From Bugula neritina (Eukaryota > Animalia > Bryozoa): a stretch of DNA of 64,000 bases. The stretch is taken from NCBI GenBank assembly GCA_964035545.1, contig OZ037772.1, forward strand, positions 10,042,818-10,106,817, read 5' to 3'. The notes under the pieces are model-generated. The model ran no database searches. It was not told where the DNA came from and was given only the letters and a program-made list of their open reading frames with translations. This document shows, in pieces, positions 10,201-23,764 of the stretch (the first letter of the stretch is position 1; every line of letters starts with the position of its first letter). The translations under genes and the position numbers were made by a program.

Positions 10201-13200
10201 AATAACTTACATGTGCACGTCCTGGGCCAGCACTTTGAACAAAGAGTCTAAATCATTGAGATCACTTCGGTTTTTCTGCGCCAGACGTGCGTTCTCCATG
10301 AGACTTCCTGCAGACTCCCCGGTCAGGTGATTTACCTTGTCTAACTGTGGGAACATCTCAAGAGTCAACTCTGACACTAACCTTAGCATATGCACACTCT
10401 AACTCACTCACCCAAGTGTATAGTCAACTGTGAGTAACCCTGATGGAAATTACTTTATGTTAAAGCAGACTAAGGACTTATTCAGATAGAGTACAGGAGC
10501 AATTATGACTGAATGTTCTTCCTAACACCACTATTAGTGTTTGACTCGAACCACTACTCAGCTTGTGTTTACTAGGTGAGCACTTTAACTGCTTACTAAG
10601 TTGTTGAAAAGTTGAATTTTCAAGCATAGTTGAAATCCTTGAACTCCATCAAAAGATAAAGAATTCTCAAGTACATTAAATAAGCAAAGTCTAATGGCGC
10701 AATTAAAAGTTATTAATATATCATAGTGAAAGAGAGATGTTGGTTGACTGGTGTGAAGTTGCATCGCAATTACACACTGTGACATTTAAAAAAACAATGA
10801 CATTATAATATATGTTAAGCGAAACTAATTAATTCAATATATTCAAGAACTAGCTATATTTATTAGCAACACTACCCTGTCCATCACTTAGACTATGGAC
10901 TATACTGTGTATATCATTTATACTATGACTCATATTTACTCTGTCCAGCACTTACACCATGAGTCATATACTGTGTCTATCACTTAGACTATGACTCATA
11001 TTTACTCTGTTCAGCACTTAAACTATGAGTCATATACTGTGTATATAACTTGTATTATGAGTCACACCACAGCTACTTACCAACTCTCTATTAGCTCTGT
11101 CTGTTTTACTCTCCAGCTGTATGAGTCTGTCCAGAAAAGAGGAGAGTTGAGTTTTGGATGAACCCGTTCCAGAGGCGCCGGGCTGGCTACTGAGAGCCGT
11201 CTCTGTCTCTCGTAAAAGAACCATCATGGAGTGGAGATGACGACCCATCAGTGCCTTGTCATTTAGATGTTCCACCAGGTTTACCACATCCATCTTAAAA
11301 ACAGAATGTTCAAGGATTACCAAAATATCAACTATAAGCTTTAGCTGCGCTACTTCCATATGGGTGACAAGTTAAAAACTCACGAAGGTTACTCATACAA
11401 GTTTATAGTAACCATCTCTGTGGGAACTCCTGAAAACAAGGTATTTTTAAAAATGGGCCGAGAAGTTATCCATATGTTGCACAGGAGCAATTATGACTGG
11501 ACGATATTTCCAAAAAATCCTCAACGACCTTTGCTGGGGTTTGAACCGATAACTCCGTGTTTACTAAGCCACCACTGTAACCCCCTAGACCCCGAATACT
11601 ATGCTATATGGGTAAAAGTTTAAAGGTATTGTTAAATTTTTGCGGACTGATTGAGCATAGGAGCATAGAATTTCTCCAGAAGTGTAATTAGGATGCTAAA
11701 ATGCAATGCTTAAAATTTACAGTTCAATATTCATATATTATTATTTATGCAAATGAAAATTAACATGATTTGCAGCATAACTGTGCTTCAATTTGAGATT
11801 CATCAGAGAAAATTGTGTGCCAACAGCATATCTCGCAATAATCTCAAATCTGACTTTACAAGCAAATGTAACAAGTGAAGATAACTCAAATATAAAACAG
11901 TATTAATACTTGAAAATCTATGACAGAATTGCAATAAAATGGAAAAAAATGAAAGGAAACTTTTCGTAAACTATTTAGATAATCTAAGACCCTAACAGCA
12001 AAGTCGGGATTTTCCAGATTATTGAGCCGCTCACTTATAAACATTTACTTCCTTGTTCCGCGAATACTATGGTCTACTACATATTATATTATACAAATGA
12101 CAGTGTTCTAAAGCATAGTGTGCATCAGCCAGAGTCCATAGAATTGAGATGGTTTTGTAGAAGAAACATCAAATAAACTAGGCAAACAGACATACAAAAA
12201 AATAGCTTTTCTAACCATCCTAACCTGAGGTTAGAAGACTGAAATAATTGCAGTCTGCGTTTCCAGCACTGCTTGGACAACAATGGGAAAACAACCTGAA
12301 TTGGGTCATTTTATTTAGTTTAGTACACACTGGAAATCTCCAGTTTTTAGCTATTTTTTACAATTTAGCTGAAAAACTGGAGATTTCCAGTCTGTAAGTA
12401 AAATGACACAATTATATTTTCAGAGTTCTCATAGTAAAAAACCCAAAGCTCTTTAGTATAACAAAATAAATAAAAGGTCGCATTAAATCCCAAAATGGCA
12501 GTAAACATTTGATCACAAAACAATTGCCAACTCTCAAGCAAATTTTCTTCTTTACATTCTAAACCTCCAACATGTTTATTTTCTATCCAATAAAACACCT
12601 AAGAATTAGCTCAACAACAAAGTTCTAAGGCATGCAGAGATATTCTACCTTGCCACAGTTGAGAGGGCATTTAGCAACACATCTGGCCAGGTGGGAGTGG
12701 GCGTCTTCACCCAACTCGTACGGATTCTTGCAGACGCTACATATCGGCGGCTTGTTCTCACACTCAGCTAAATGTTGCTATGAAATAACAAGAATACGCT
12801 ACACTGCATGTTGATATATAACAAGGGCCAAGTTCAGAGGTCAGTCAAAACGAAGGGTCACATAATAAATTTTATTATAATAAAGTAATTTGTCACCAAA
12901 CCTATACTGTGCTAATCAGAATGCATATAACACTTTTTTTACATATCTTTAGCATTAAAAGGGCCACTGAAAAATAGGCAAAGGGTCACAGGTGGCACTG
13001 GGGTCCCTCGTTACCCACCCCTACTACACGATAACAAGAATATGTTAGCCGTTGACTGTTAAAAAATTGAGTCACGAGCAAACTGAAACTTACAGTCAAG
13101 TCTTTGCCTCTCAGTCCCCTTTTGCCACATTTATTGGGACAGTCAATGATTCTGAAGGGGCAGGTGTTGGTGTCGTGTTTGGAGCGTGCTGAATAGGCGA

Positions 13201-15890
13201 TGATGTCAGTGCATTTCTCGCACGGCACCAGTCTCTCCGTGCATGTGATCATGTGTTTCTGGAGGAAATAAACAGCAGCACTCATAGTTACTGTACATAA
13301 TCATCCATCACAGTTGAAATAAACAGCAATACTACTATTTAGTCATCAGCCACTAAAACACTGTACGTAATCATCCACTATTACAATATTGTATAATTTA
13401 TTCATTCAGAATAATTTCTATGTATTTCACGTAAAAAACTATTTGGGGAAAAATCTGGAGCGAAAATATTGTGTTGCCAATAAAATTTGTTAACTCATCA
13501 ACTGTTAGACGGCTGGTGCACCCTTAGATAGTTTTTTATACTTTGTAAGCTTCGTTATTTTGAATGCAACCTTACTTCATCTTAAAGAAAAACTATTGCA
13601 TAAATATAGTGCGTGATTAGTCACATGACCTTACTTCAATGTGTTCTGATTCATTCTAAATAAATTTATTTTATGAAGGAAAAAAACCTATATTAGAACA
13701 CTGTAATATTACAATAAAAGATAAATATATATCTTAAGCCCTTGTAACTGTAGATGATTTGTTTATACTAGCGATTCTACTTCCTGGCTTTTAGAGAGTT
13801 CAATATAGCATAAGAATAACTACACAATTAAAATCAATAATTTGGAGTAATTGTCAACTGTAACCAAGTCGTTGGCAGGCAAAACAACAACACTGCTTAT
13901 GTAAGATGTAAAATGGCCCAAAGACAAACCAGAAAGAAGGTTATGAATACTTACCTCTAGGGTTCTGATGATCAGGGGAGTTGGGTCAGAACAGTCAAAC
14001 GGACACTTCACTGACATCCTGTTGATCTCCTTGTTTGTGGCATTATCTTTCATGACTAGCGTGAAGTCTATAGAAAATACAGAGTTCAAAGTTCAAGGCA
14101 AACCGAATAAACCATTTTATTCAAATCTTTCTATAAACAGCTCCGAGTTGGGAGCGACTGAGTTCAGTAGTTTGGGGTTCTCAAACTTTGAGTTGGTGGT
14201 TTCAACATAGAACTACCCCCCCCCCTGTGAACTCGAGATCTCACACTACTGCCCTTAGTCAGCCCCAACTCTGGGCTGCTTATAGACAATTTTGTTTTAT
14301 GCAACCTTAACTAACATGTAAACATTTAGAAAATTTGCTTGTTACTCTAATAATTGAGATGAAGAATTTCATTCTTGTTTAGAATGGCATGTAACAACTG
14401 GAGGATTTGGTCAGTTTATGAAATGAATTTAATTTGTAAACATGTAACAGTGTGAAATTATAATTATGCCCTTTAGATTATATATATGAAGTCATGCAAA
14501 AAGAGGCCTATGCTCTTATTACAAGGTGGTGTTATTGTAGGTTATATGCAATAGGATTGCGGTTAGTATATTTTTGCGATTGAAGTCTTGACCATGTTGA
14601 ATAATGGTTTGACTCAGAGGTTTAGAGGCAGACCTATCCTCGCGAGTCTGTTAGTCTGAGAATCTCCCTCCACATCCATTGGTCGATGCATGCTTGGAGG
14701 AAGTGCATCATAAGTGAGACTATCGTCAATTTCCATACGCGTCTTTCCGGAAACATCCGAGTTACTCATCATTAAACGGTTGCCGTCATCATTTGCCTCC
14801 AGTTGGCAGGCATCACATGTTTGCTGATCCTCAGGTCTACACAGTATCAAACCCCCGTCTCTCAAACAACAATATGCAAAGGAAACCACGCTAATATATC
14901 TGCAGGTAAAATCCAAACTACACAATAGGTTGAGATAATCCGATTAGAGAAAAGGAGTTGTCTCATTCCATGATTACCCACAACCCCTTGCAACAAATCT
15001 ATTTTCGTGTTTCTCTATTTTCGTATCATAAAATATAACGATTCTGTGAACAACAACTTTACATATTCAATCACAATACTTAAATTTAGTAGTATGGCAT
15101 CAGAGTTCATCTCAACAGGTGACAGTTATAAAATTTTAGTTTCTTATTTTGCTGATGCCAAACTAAGAATTTTTCATGAATATAGCAAGAGACCTGCAGA
15201 TGTACAGAGAGTATCAACTGCTGCAGAAGTACAGAGAATATTAACTGCTGCAGATGTACAGAAAATATCAACAGAAAATATTCCACAAGGTTCTACATAC
15301 AGGTTATGGATTATATCCTGACAAGCTTTACACATTCTGTGACCGCAGCTCAACTGCCATGGCTCTCTGGTGATCCGTTCATTCTTTCTCCCACACTCAT
15401 AGCGAGCACAAAAGTAAATCTCCAAAAGAAGTTTCTAGATAAAAACAAAAAGAAACATGTAAATTGTAGTCTGTAAACTAAAGTTACATTCAATAAAGCC
15501 TGAAATGCCTTACACCGGCTATACAATGCAGCAAAACCTTTCACAAGCAAAATTAAAAATAAAATTGAAACCTGTTGACTGCTTGAATTTGTTGACTTTT
15601 TAAAAAATTGATTTTTTTAAAAAAAAACTAAATCGAACGTCTACTGATTTCACTCAACATAGAACTATGTGCACTGGATTTACAGGTACATGTTATTCTA
15701 ATCAACTAAGTAACTGTTGAAACTCAATTTTGAACTGTTGAAAAATTTCTCAACACAACCTGAGAGATGCTACAAATACTCTGTTAGGATAGAACTAGAG
15801 GATATTTACCCGGTCTGTGAACAAGCTTAGCGGCCATCCTGTCCCCGACCAGGGCTCTATTACGCGGGGAGTACTCTTTAATGATGACAT
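7275..15890 (-). CDS. TRAF: TRAF2/3-like paralogue B, full length (RING, 5 Zn fingers, coiled coil, TRAF-C/MATH); 615 aa
   Basis: 13 exons: 15890-15810, 15434-15301, 14836-14634, 14067-13955, 13258-13094, 12777-12649, 11293-11081, 10344-10211, 9603-9447, 9118-8974, 8628-8534, 8210-8045, 7387-7275; 1848 nt in frame. MATH signatures [59 protein letters not shown]. Confidence 0.93.
10396..10590 (-). mobile_element. SINE copy, diverged
   Basis: actcactcac tail and aattatgactgaatgttcttcctaacacca core. Confidence 0.75.
10875..11045. repeat. Minisatellite, about 30-bp units (ctgtccagcacttagactatgactcata..)
   Basis: About 5 degenerate copies. Confidence 0.8.
11391..11593 (-). mobile_element. SINE copy, diverged
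   Basis: gtttatagtaaccatctctgtg .. gcacaggagcaattatgactgg .. cccctagacc. Confidence 0.75.
14131..14285. mobile_element. MITE-like palindromic element (about 155 bp)
   Basis: Imperfect TIRs ctataaacagctccgagttgggagcgactgag / ttagtcagccccaactctgggctgcttatag. Related copy at 51295-51445; fragment near 4790-4840. Confidence 0.7.
15193..15272. repeat. 27-bp tandem repeat x3 (ctgcagatgtacagagagtatcaactg)
   Basis: Read directly; intronic in TRAF-B. Confidence 0.85.
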
Positions 15891-16499
15891 CAAGTTAAAT
15901 AGCAGAGGTTCTTAGTCTACAGAAACCGAAATCTATTACTTCAAATATAATTGTTTGTGATCTTGCAGCAATCACAAAACACAAAGAATCAGACTTTATT
16001 TTTTGTTGAGCCATATCGCTTGACATTTTAGAATTTAGAAAAGAGATATAACATGAAAGCCTGTTTGTCGCAAAAATATTTAACTAAAATAGGTGAATAA
16101 AAGAGTCAATCGTTATGGAAGTCAAATATTGTCATGATAATTTACTCAGCAGTATATAGGAAACACTTAACTTATTAATTAATGCTACAGCTGTGTAGGT
16201 GGTGAGCACAAGAATGCTATTGAAAACAAATAACAAGATATATATTTGTGTGTCATCAATAAACGTATAATTGGAGAACATGAGGCTACGTAATTTCATA
16301 TTATTGACATACTTTTAATTTGACTTGAAGTTAAGTATTCAGAGAACCTAAGCTTATACTTATACCTATAGGCAATAGTATACTATAGTGGTACTCATAG
16401 TCACACTAAGAATGTTGAGAGTAAAATATTGCCTGTAAAGTAAAAGTGAAATTGTAATCCCTAATACTGTAATATTAATAAATGAAATATTTAATAGTA

Positions 16500-17170
16500 A
16501 GACTTATACTAATAATAATACTAATAGTAATACTTAGTACTAACAGTAGACGTAGTCGTGAGTAGGTAGTGGGCGAGTAGTGAGTAGAGTAATGCTAATA
16601 ATTATAATAATAATACTAACACCAATAGTAATACTACAGTATTACTAATAGTACTAATAGTACTAAGAGTAATACTATTAGTATTAGTATTACTATTAGT
16701 ATTAGTATCACTATTACATTTGCTATTAATATTTACTATTATTATTACTATTAAGTATTAGTATTAGTAATACTAATAGTAAAACTAATTGTAAATGTAA
16801 TGGTCATAATTACTGTCAGACTATTAGTGTTATACTTATACCTATAGACTATAGTGATACTCATACGCATACGCCTACGGATACTGATAGTCGTTTTAAT
16901 TTAAATTTAAATTTCAATTTGTTCTGCTTAGAATCATTATCATGAATTTAATATTATAATAATTTAATTAACAATACTAATAACTAATAAATAATAGTCG
17001 TACTAATAACAATGCCAATAGTAATAGTAATAGTAATAGTTTATAAATATCATTGCAATATGATTATCATTATCATTATGATACTTAATATTTGATAGTA
17101 ATACTAATGTCTAATAGTAATACTCATAGTCATAGTGATAGTCATACTCATACTCATACTGACAGTGACA
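16500..17170. repeat. AT-rich (TAATAG/CTATTA)-type low-complexity tract with strand switches
   Basis: Runs of tactaatagtaa followed by tattagtattac. Confidence 0.75.
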
Positions 17171-17478
17171 GCAAATACTAAATACATGAAACTAAAAATT
17201 TATTTATTATCACTATTCAACATACATTTCAACATATACTCACACACATCAACGTGTAAATAAATTACACTGATACTCCAACCGATCCTACTGGTATTTG
17301 TAGAGTAACTACAGTTGCCAGTCTCGCGTATACTGGGGAATTTTTATGGCGTAGTGGAGATGTTTCTAGCCTCAATTCCTTAGCTGAGTTTTTATTTGGG
17401 ACGCTTGATGATTCTCTCTCAATAGCATAATCGCTTTTGCCGTATTTCTATCCGCTTAAAAATAGAATATGTTGTAGT

Positions 17479-17489
17479 GGGGAATCCCC
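17479..17489. promoter_or_regulatory. NF-kB/Rel-type site GGGGAATCCCC upstream of TRAF-B putative non-coding exon 1
   Basis: Palindromic kB consensus, with a second site GGGGAATTTT at 17335-17344. A minus-strand donor GTGAGTAT at about 17243 suggests a 5' UTR exon just downstream. Confidence 0.55.
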
Positions 17490-18744
17490 CAGCAAATTTA
17501 TTTCGCAGTTCTGATAACAAACGTAATTAAATTGGTAAATAGCTTTTCGTAAAGGCTTTATCATAATGCCTGTTTGCTTTTGTGTGATAGGTTGTTTAAT
17601 ATATCGCGGTTGCCATCGCCTTGCAAAATTGACTCTTTTGACCAACATATTAATATAAGTAGTGAACTGACAATAATACATATGGGAACACTTTGAAGAA
17701 TTTTAAACAGTGTAAGCATAACTAACATATTACATATAACATATATATGATTTATTTACAGATTTAATAGGCCTACATAGAGACTATTTAAAATATATCA
17801 CTACACATGAGTAAACGAGAGTCATATTATTACTTTTATGTTTATTTTCTTGCTTGTTATTTTTATGCTAACCATTAAGGCTATCTGGTTTCAAATTTAT
17901 TTGGCTTTTTGATAGTTTTGAAGTCCTGCATTTGAGCAAAACTATAATCATGAAACCAAATGCCTTAGGATGCATATTCCTATGTGAAATGAGAAAATAA
18001 GTGCATGGCTAATGAAGATAAAACAAACACTTTAATGTTTGGCAAAATTAAATATAATAATTTGCTTATTATAAACACAATAGGAATATTACATATTGAA
18101 TCAAAACTATTATAGTTCACGATACATTTTCAATAGAGAAGAATAGTACATTAAGAAATTAGAAAATAGTGACTTGTCATAAAAACTTGTGCAAGAAAAG
18201 TGCCAATCAATAAAATAATTTCGTATTATATTAAAATAAATATATAACAAGGCTAGAGGTAGCATTGCTAGTACTTCATAAAAAAACTAATTGTTAGACT
18301 AATAATAGCGACAGAAAACAAAACATTCAATTTAGATTGTACATGTATATAAGCTAGTTCAATTTATGGATAAAAATAATATCTTTATATTTTTGAAAAA
18401 AGATAATGTATATATTTCAATTGTAAAAAATATGTGGGAAATGAAAGGCAAGATTTAGAAAGTACTAATTTGCATGAGCTAGCAAATCAGTTAAATAGCC
18501 TGTGAGTGATAAATAGCAAGGAGTATCCAGGGATGTCTTAAACCGCTACAACAGAAACAACGTAGACTGAGTTCTATACTTCAAGTATTGCATAGGGTCA
18601 ACTCTTTATACTATAGTAAGTAAGGGTGGGTAGAAAGCCCCTTCATAACTCAACTTGTTGTAGCTACTGCAAAATTCAAACTTTAAACTCCTCAACTTCA
18701 CTTATCAAGCGCTCAGTGATCTCTTCAGTGACATTTAAAACTTA

Positions 18745-19052
18745 GCCATGCGAAAATTGAAATCACAAGTAGCAAAGGTGTCCACTGTGCGCGTTGAGAA
18801 AACGTTGAAAATGCTGAGCGACAAGTGCGAATCGTCTCTGTCATCGTCACCTAATTGGCTGGTAGTTATTCAGCGAGCCCAATTTCTTTAATTTCGTGCT
18901 ACATTCCAGCAAATTGCGTTCTATTGAAAGCGAGTGCGATTTAAAAATGAAAGCTTTATTTATCAGGCATCACTGACGCTACAGTGGACACCTTTACTAA
19001 TTGTGATTTCAATTTTCGCATGCGAAAATACGCACAGTGTGGCCCTAGGCTT
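18745..19052. mobile_element. MITE-like element with about 42-bp inverted repeats
   Basis: catgcgaaaattgaaatcacaagtagcaaaggtgtccactgt (18747-18788) pairs with acagtggacacctttactaattgtgatttcaattttcgcatg (18981-19022), 2 mismatches. Confidence 0.7.
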
Positions 19053-19797
19053 ATTAGCCATTTCATAGAGTAGACATCAATAGAAAATATTGAGATTTCC
19101 ACTGTATTTATCAAGTATTTCACTATTCTTATGCTGTAGGACAGATAACTTCAAACTACTAATCTCACTTTAGTTCACTATTCATAGTACTATTGCACCT
19201 AAAAAACTCAACTATGTAGTTTCAAAACTATTAGAACACACACAGCTGCTATCATAAGACATTTATCAGTCGTTATTTCACACTTCAAAATTATTAAAAT
19301 GAATTTAAAACGTAGAAACTTACAGTTATAAGGAACGATTTCAGCAGAATGCAATTCCTAATCACTGGGTTGGCACTGCACACTTAAATTAACATCTTGG
19401 TTGACCACCTACAAACACAGGCACACGTCTGCGATAAAAGGATGAGGTGTCCCACGACAGTAGACAACTCCTACACATGTCCATTAATAAATGCGAGTCA
19501 GGTGTTTGCAGGAGAAGTTAAATCCCAAACCAAAATGTATATTCAACAGGCAAAAGGCACTAAGAATTGAGTTGACATTGGAGCACACTGCAAATCAGAA
19601 GAAAATGGAGACAACTCTTCCCCTAAAAAGTTAGTGAGGAAAATTAAACAGAATATTACTCTACAGACTGTCCAGATACATTCAAACTATAAAAGTACTA
19701 AGGTACTCAGGATTGAATGGGATTGGCTAAAATCACTTTAGCATCTTTTGGTTATAACATGTTTATTTCACCACAACTGAACACGAAAGTACAATTT

Positions 19798-22700
19798 TCA
19801 GCCATTCCAAAGTGTCACCTACAGAAAAACCTCATTTACCTGGCGATTATTAATTGAAAAGTCAAACCAAACAGTCAAAATCCTAATAAACAACAACATA
19901 CTTCCTGACAATGCACAAACTTGAAAATAACCAACAAGTATAAATCAATTAAATTGAATTATCAGACAAGACATGTGGAAATAGATTCTATTACCTGGCC
20001 ACAGGTATCTGGGCTGTATGCGACACAGTGTAGGAGGTGCGCCTTACGCCCCGTATCAAAGCTGTATACCCCATTACAGAACTCACACTTGATAGGTTTC
20101 TTCAAACACTCCAGAGAGTGATGCTACAGAAGACGCAATGTTCTTCTAATAAAAATATGAAACTGAAATTCCAAAAACTAAAGTTTCGCGTTCGAAGAAA
20201 AGCACCGTTTAGAGTTGCCTTCACTTTGAAGATGGCATAAACTTGCACCGAAAGAAGCGAAACTAGTAAAAACAAGAAGTTAATGTAAATACTGCTAATA
20301 GTCTGAGAAACCTCTTTTGAAAGCATGCTAAAGACTTATTCATATGTGGCACAGGAATAATTATGACTCAATGCTCTTCCTAACATCACCAATGGCATTT
20401 ACTGGAGATTGAACTCCTGACCTCGTGTTTTGTGCTCCCTGTAACACTGCTGCCTACTTACATACAGATCTCTGCCCAACAGTCCGGTTACTCCGCACCC
20501 ATTCGGACAGCTGACTTCACGCAGCAAGCACTCTTCTTCAATGTGTTTCGTCAACTTTGAGAAGGTGACGGGCTGAACACACTTTTCACAAGGCACCAGT
20601 CTCTCCTCACACCGGTGCATGTGTCTCTACAAAAAAACCAACTCTTTCGGGTTTCGAAGCCTTTCAATGTGCCGGGAGCGGAAAGGCGAGGAAAAAAGTG
20701 GCTGAGGCAAAAGAGAATGATGACAACATGAACAAAGGGCAGGCGAGATAGTTTTAATAAGATAACTCCTAAAAACTCAAGAAAAAGATGCGGTAATAAT
20801 ATATAATTGACATGTGACGACGACAATATTACTGGGCGACAGAAGTATCCAGATTTGATTACAGTTACGTAGCAAAAGCAGTACTTCTACAACACAATAG
20901 GATAATTCATTTTGGCTCTAAAAAAAGAAAATAACTCCTAATCATAATACCGTTGATTAAAGGAATACCTTTCTGCATATATTATAAAGTATGAAACTAG
21001 TTAGCAGTTTATGTAAAGCCACTTGTTGATATTGATACTTTCAAACAGAACATCACTGTTGGCTGTAAAATAAACTCACTCACTCACTGACTCACTCACT
21101 CTCTTACTCACTCTCTTACTCACTCACTCACTCGCTGTGAGAAACCCTTGATGGAAAGTGTTTTTATCAAAGTAGGCTAAGGACTGATTCATATGTGGCA
21201 CAGGAGCAATTATGACTAGATGCTCTTCCTAACATCACCAATGGTCTTTGTCGGGGTTCGAACCCATGACTTTGTGTTCACAAAGCAAACAATCTAACCC
21301 CTAGACCACGGCTGCTGATTAGAAGTAACGCAATATCTTATTTTAATTTGTTAACAAATGAAGAGTTTAGTACGAAGTGATATGTAGCTGGGCTTCAACT
21401 GAAGCCGAAAATTATTCAAAAACTGGAAAATCTGTATTTACCTCTAGAGCTCTGACAACCAGCTTCACACTACAATACGGGCACCGAACCGAGATCCGGT
21501 TGATCTGCCTCTTCACAGCGTTGTCCCCAGAGCAGTTATCAAAATCTGCAAGAGAAGCCAAAGTTGTAGAATAAATTACTTGGTAGATTTGAGATATTAT
21601 ACTTATACGACAACAAGAATGCCAGATTTAATGGTTTATATCGCAGAAGTCGAAGAAGCTTTTTGAAAAGCAATATCAATTTCGCTTTAGTGGTTTCCCA
21701 CAGCCAAAGAGTTGGAAAAGCACTTTGATGAAACAGTGAAAAAAGGTTTCTATTCGCTTTTTTAAATAAAAATAAGACATTAAGAAAACACGTTGAAATT
21801 GTAAATAGAAGATTAGAAGAAAATGTGCATAAAATCTAAAACAAAACACAGTAAGCTCAAACTTAAGTATATACCTAGAATAGCCCAAGTAAAAACTTAC
21901 TCAATTATCAGAAGTGTAGGCATATACTATAGTCTTAGTGTAGGTATATATCTAAATGCCAAAGGTAAGTGTATACACTATACATATTAGGTATATAGTG
22001 CCTATAGCCCAAGATTTAGTACATATCTATAGCCGCACCTATAATACAGTAATCAAGATAGCATTTCGGGTAAGTGTCATATCTGCCATACGTATTCCGA
22101 GATGAAGGGACAGCGTCGTAGGAAAATGCACCCATATCCCCGAAAAGTGTTCCGGGGGGCCAAGTATTAGTATACCCATAATCTCCCGGTTCCATCGCAC
22201 ACCGGTCACATATTTGTTCCACTTGCGGCCTGAAACCAACATGGAGACAAATACTCAATAGCTTGGGAATCCCCCAAGAAATAGTACTCAATAGCCTAGG
22301 AATCCCCCAAAAAATAATCCAACTACGTAATACTGGTCCAAGAAAATAACTAAAAAGAACTCTTATACTTACATCGACATAATGTTTGGCTAATTATGAT
22401 ATAATATATTAAAACGTAATGCTACATATGCTATAACATATTAAATAATATTATAATATAGTGCAATAGAATATTAGTAACCAAAGGCATGGCATAGAAA
22501 GTATATACAGTATAGTACACCAAACACAAAAAGCAAATAATCAAAAAGATGTTGACGCGAGATAATATAATATAATAAATTATGTGCAACAATTAACTAC
22601 AATACACTATACTACAATAATAGTAAACTACAATAAGCCATATAATAACATTTCAATGATCCTATACTACATTATAAAATAATGCAATGCATAACAATAT

Positions 22701-23764
22701 ACAGCAATGTACTAAAACTAGATATTATATTATACTATAATATAACATAACATATTAAAATATAATATAAATAAATTATGATAATATGAAAATTACTATT
22801 ATGCAATGAAATACACTATAATAAAAATTACAAGAAAGTAAAATATAATAATTATTAAGTATTATTTTTGACAAAAAGCGTAATAGACAATCGTTAAGCA
22901 TGCAAAGATAAGTATTCGTTGGTGAATAGAGCAGTACTGAGTGCACATTATCTACCATATATTATTATATTCGTGTTGAGTCAAACTTGAACTTTAAATC
23001 AAAAATTTGTTGTGACATTCAAGTCAAGAATTTAAAAAATCTGTTAGTTTGACTTTAGACTAGAAGGCAAACAACACCAAGACCAAATCAATGTTATAAT
23101 CACTACATGTTATATATATTTAATGATATTGAATGTGGCTTTTGGAACATAAAATCAATCAGAAGTTAGATTCCTTACAGAGTTTTGATATGCTCGAGAC
23201 ATGCTTTGCACACACGGTGCCCACAATTCATTTGGAACGGGTTTCTCAAGACCCTCCTCACACATTTCCTAAAACCGCAGAAAAGTTTTTCCTCGTCCTT
23301 AATTTCTTCCTACAAACAAGCGCCATAAAATAAAAGTTTTTTAATGCTTTAAATGCATGTTTGCTTCATAGTGAAAACAATGAAAACAAAATTTATTGAC
23401 ATGTTTACACTTTAAAATTCACTAGATTTATCAGACAGTTATTCAAGCAATAAATAAATTCACCGAAATCATATTTCTGTGAATAGTATAAATTTTAAAT
23501 TTGATTTAGTAACCGCTTTGCTCTAAAGGAAAAGCATGTAAAATAAAAAAGTTACTGAAATTTGTCGTCAATCAGTAAACAAACCAAAAAACATTTACAC
23601 ATTATTATCAACAGTTACATCAACATCTACTCGGTCCTGGCGCAGTGTATAACTTGTATATAACATACAGGGTAAATGAAGAGATCAACGGGCCATCCAT
23701 TCCCAGTCCATGGCTCGACAATATCGCCAGGGTTTATTGTTATCAAATTCATGCGATGCATCAT
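19798..23764 (-). CDS. TRAF-like paralogue C, truncated: RING + 4 Zn fingers, no coiled-coil or MATH exons found; 3' end uncertain
   Basis: Exons 23764-23669, 23309-23179, 22229-22039, 21545-21442, 20626-20462, 20123-19995 are in frame (272 aa) with EPWTGNGWPVDLF, CGFRKC..CGHRVCKAC..CDRC, CEKC..H..C, CEFC..H..C. The first Cys of finger 5 is replaced by Ser. A possible terminal exon is 19818-19798 (VTLWNG*). I saw no homologue of exons 7-13 between 16 and 19.9 kb. Confidence 0.8.
20297..20440 (-). mobile_element. SINE copy, partial
   Basis: gcacaggaataattatgactcaatgctcttcctaacatcaccaatggc core. Confidence 0.75.
21074..21316 (-). mobile_element. SINE copy with expanded (ACTC)n tail
   Basis: Perfect B-box ggggttcgaaccc, core, and head cccctagaccacggctgct. 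Confidence 0.85.

Noticed and set aside
21240-21316. tRNA gene (A/B boxes, GGTTCGAACCC)
   Set aside because: It is the head of a repeated SINE continuous with the core and tail, with no convincing acceptor stem.
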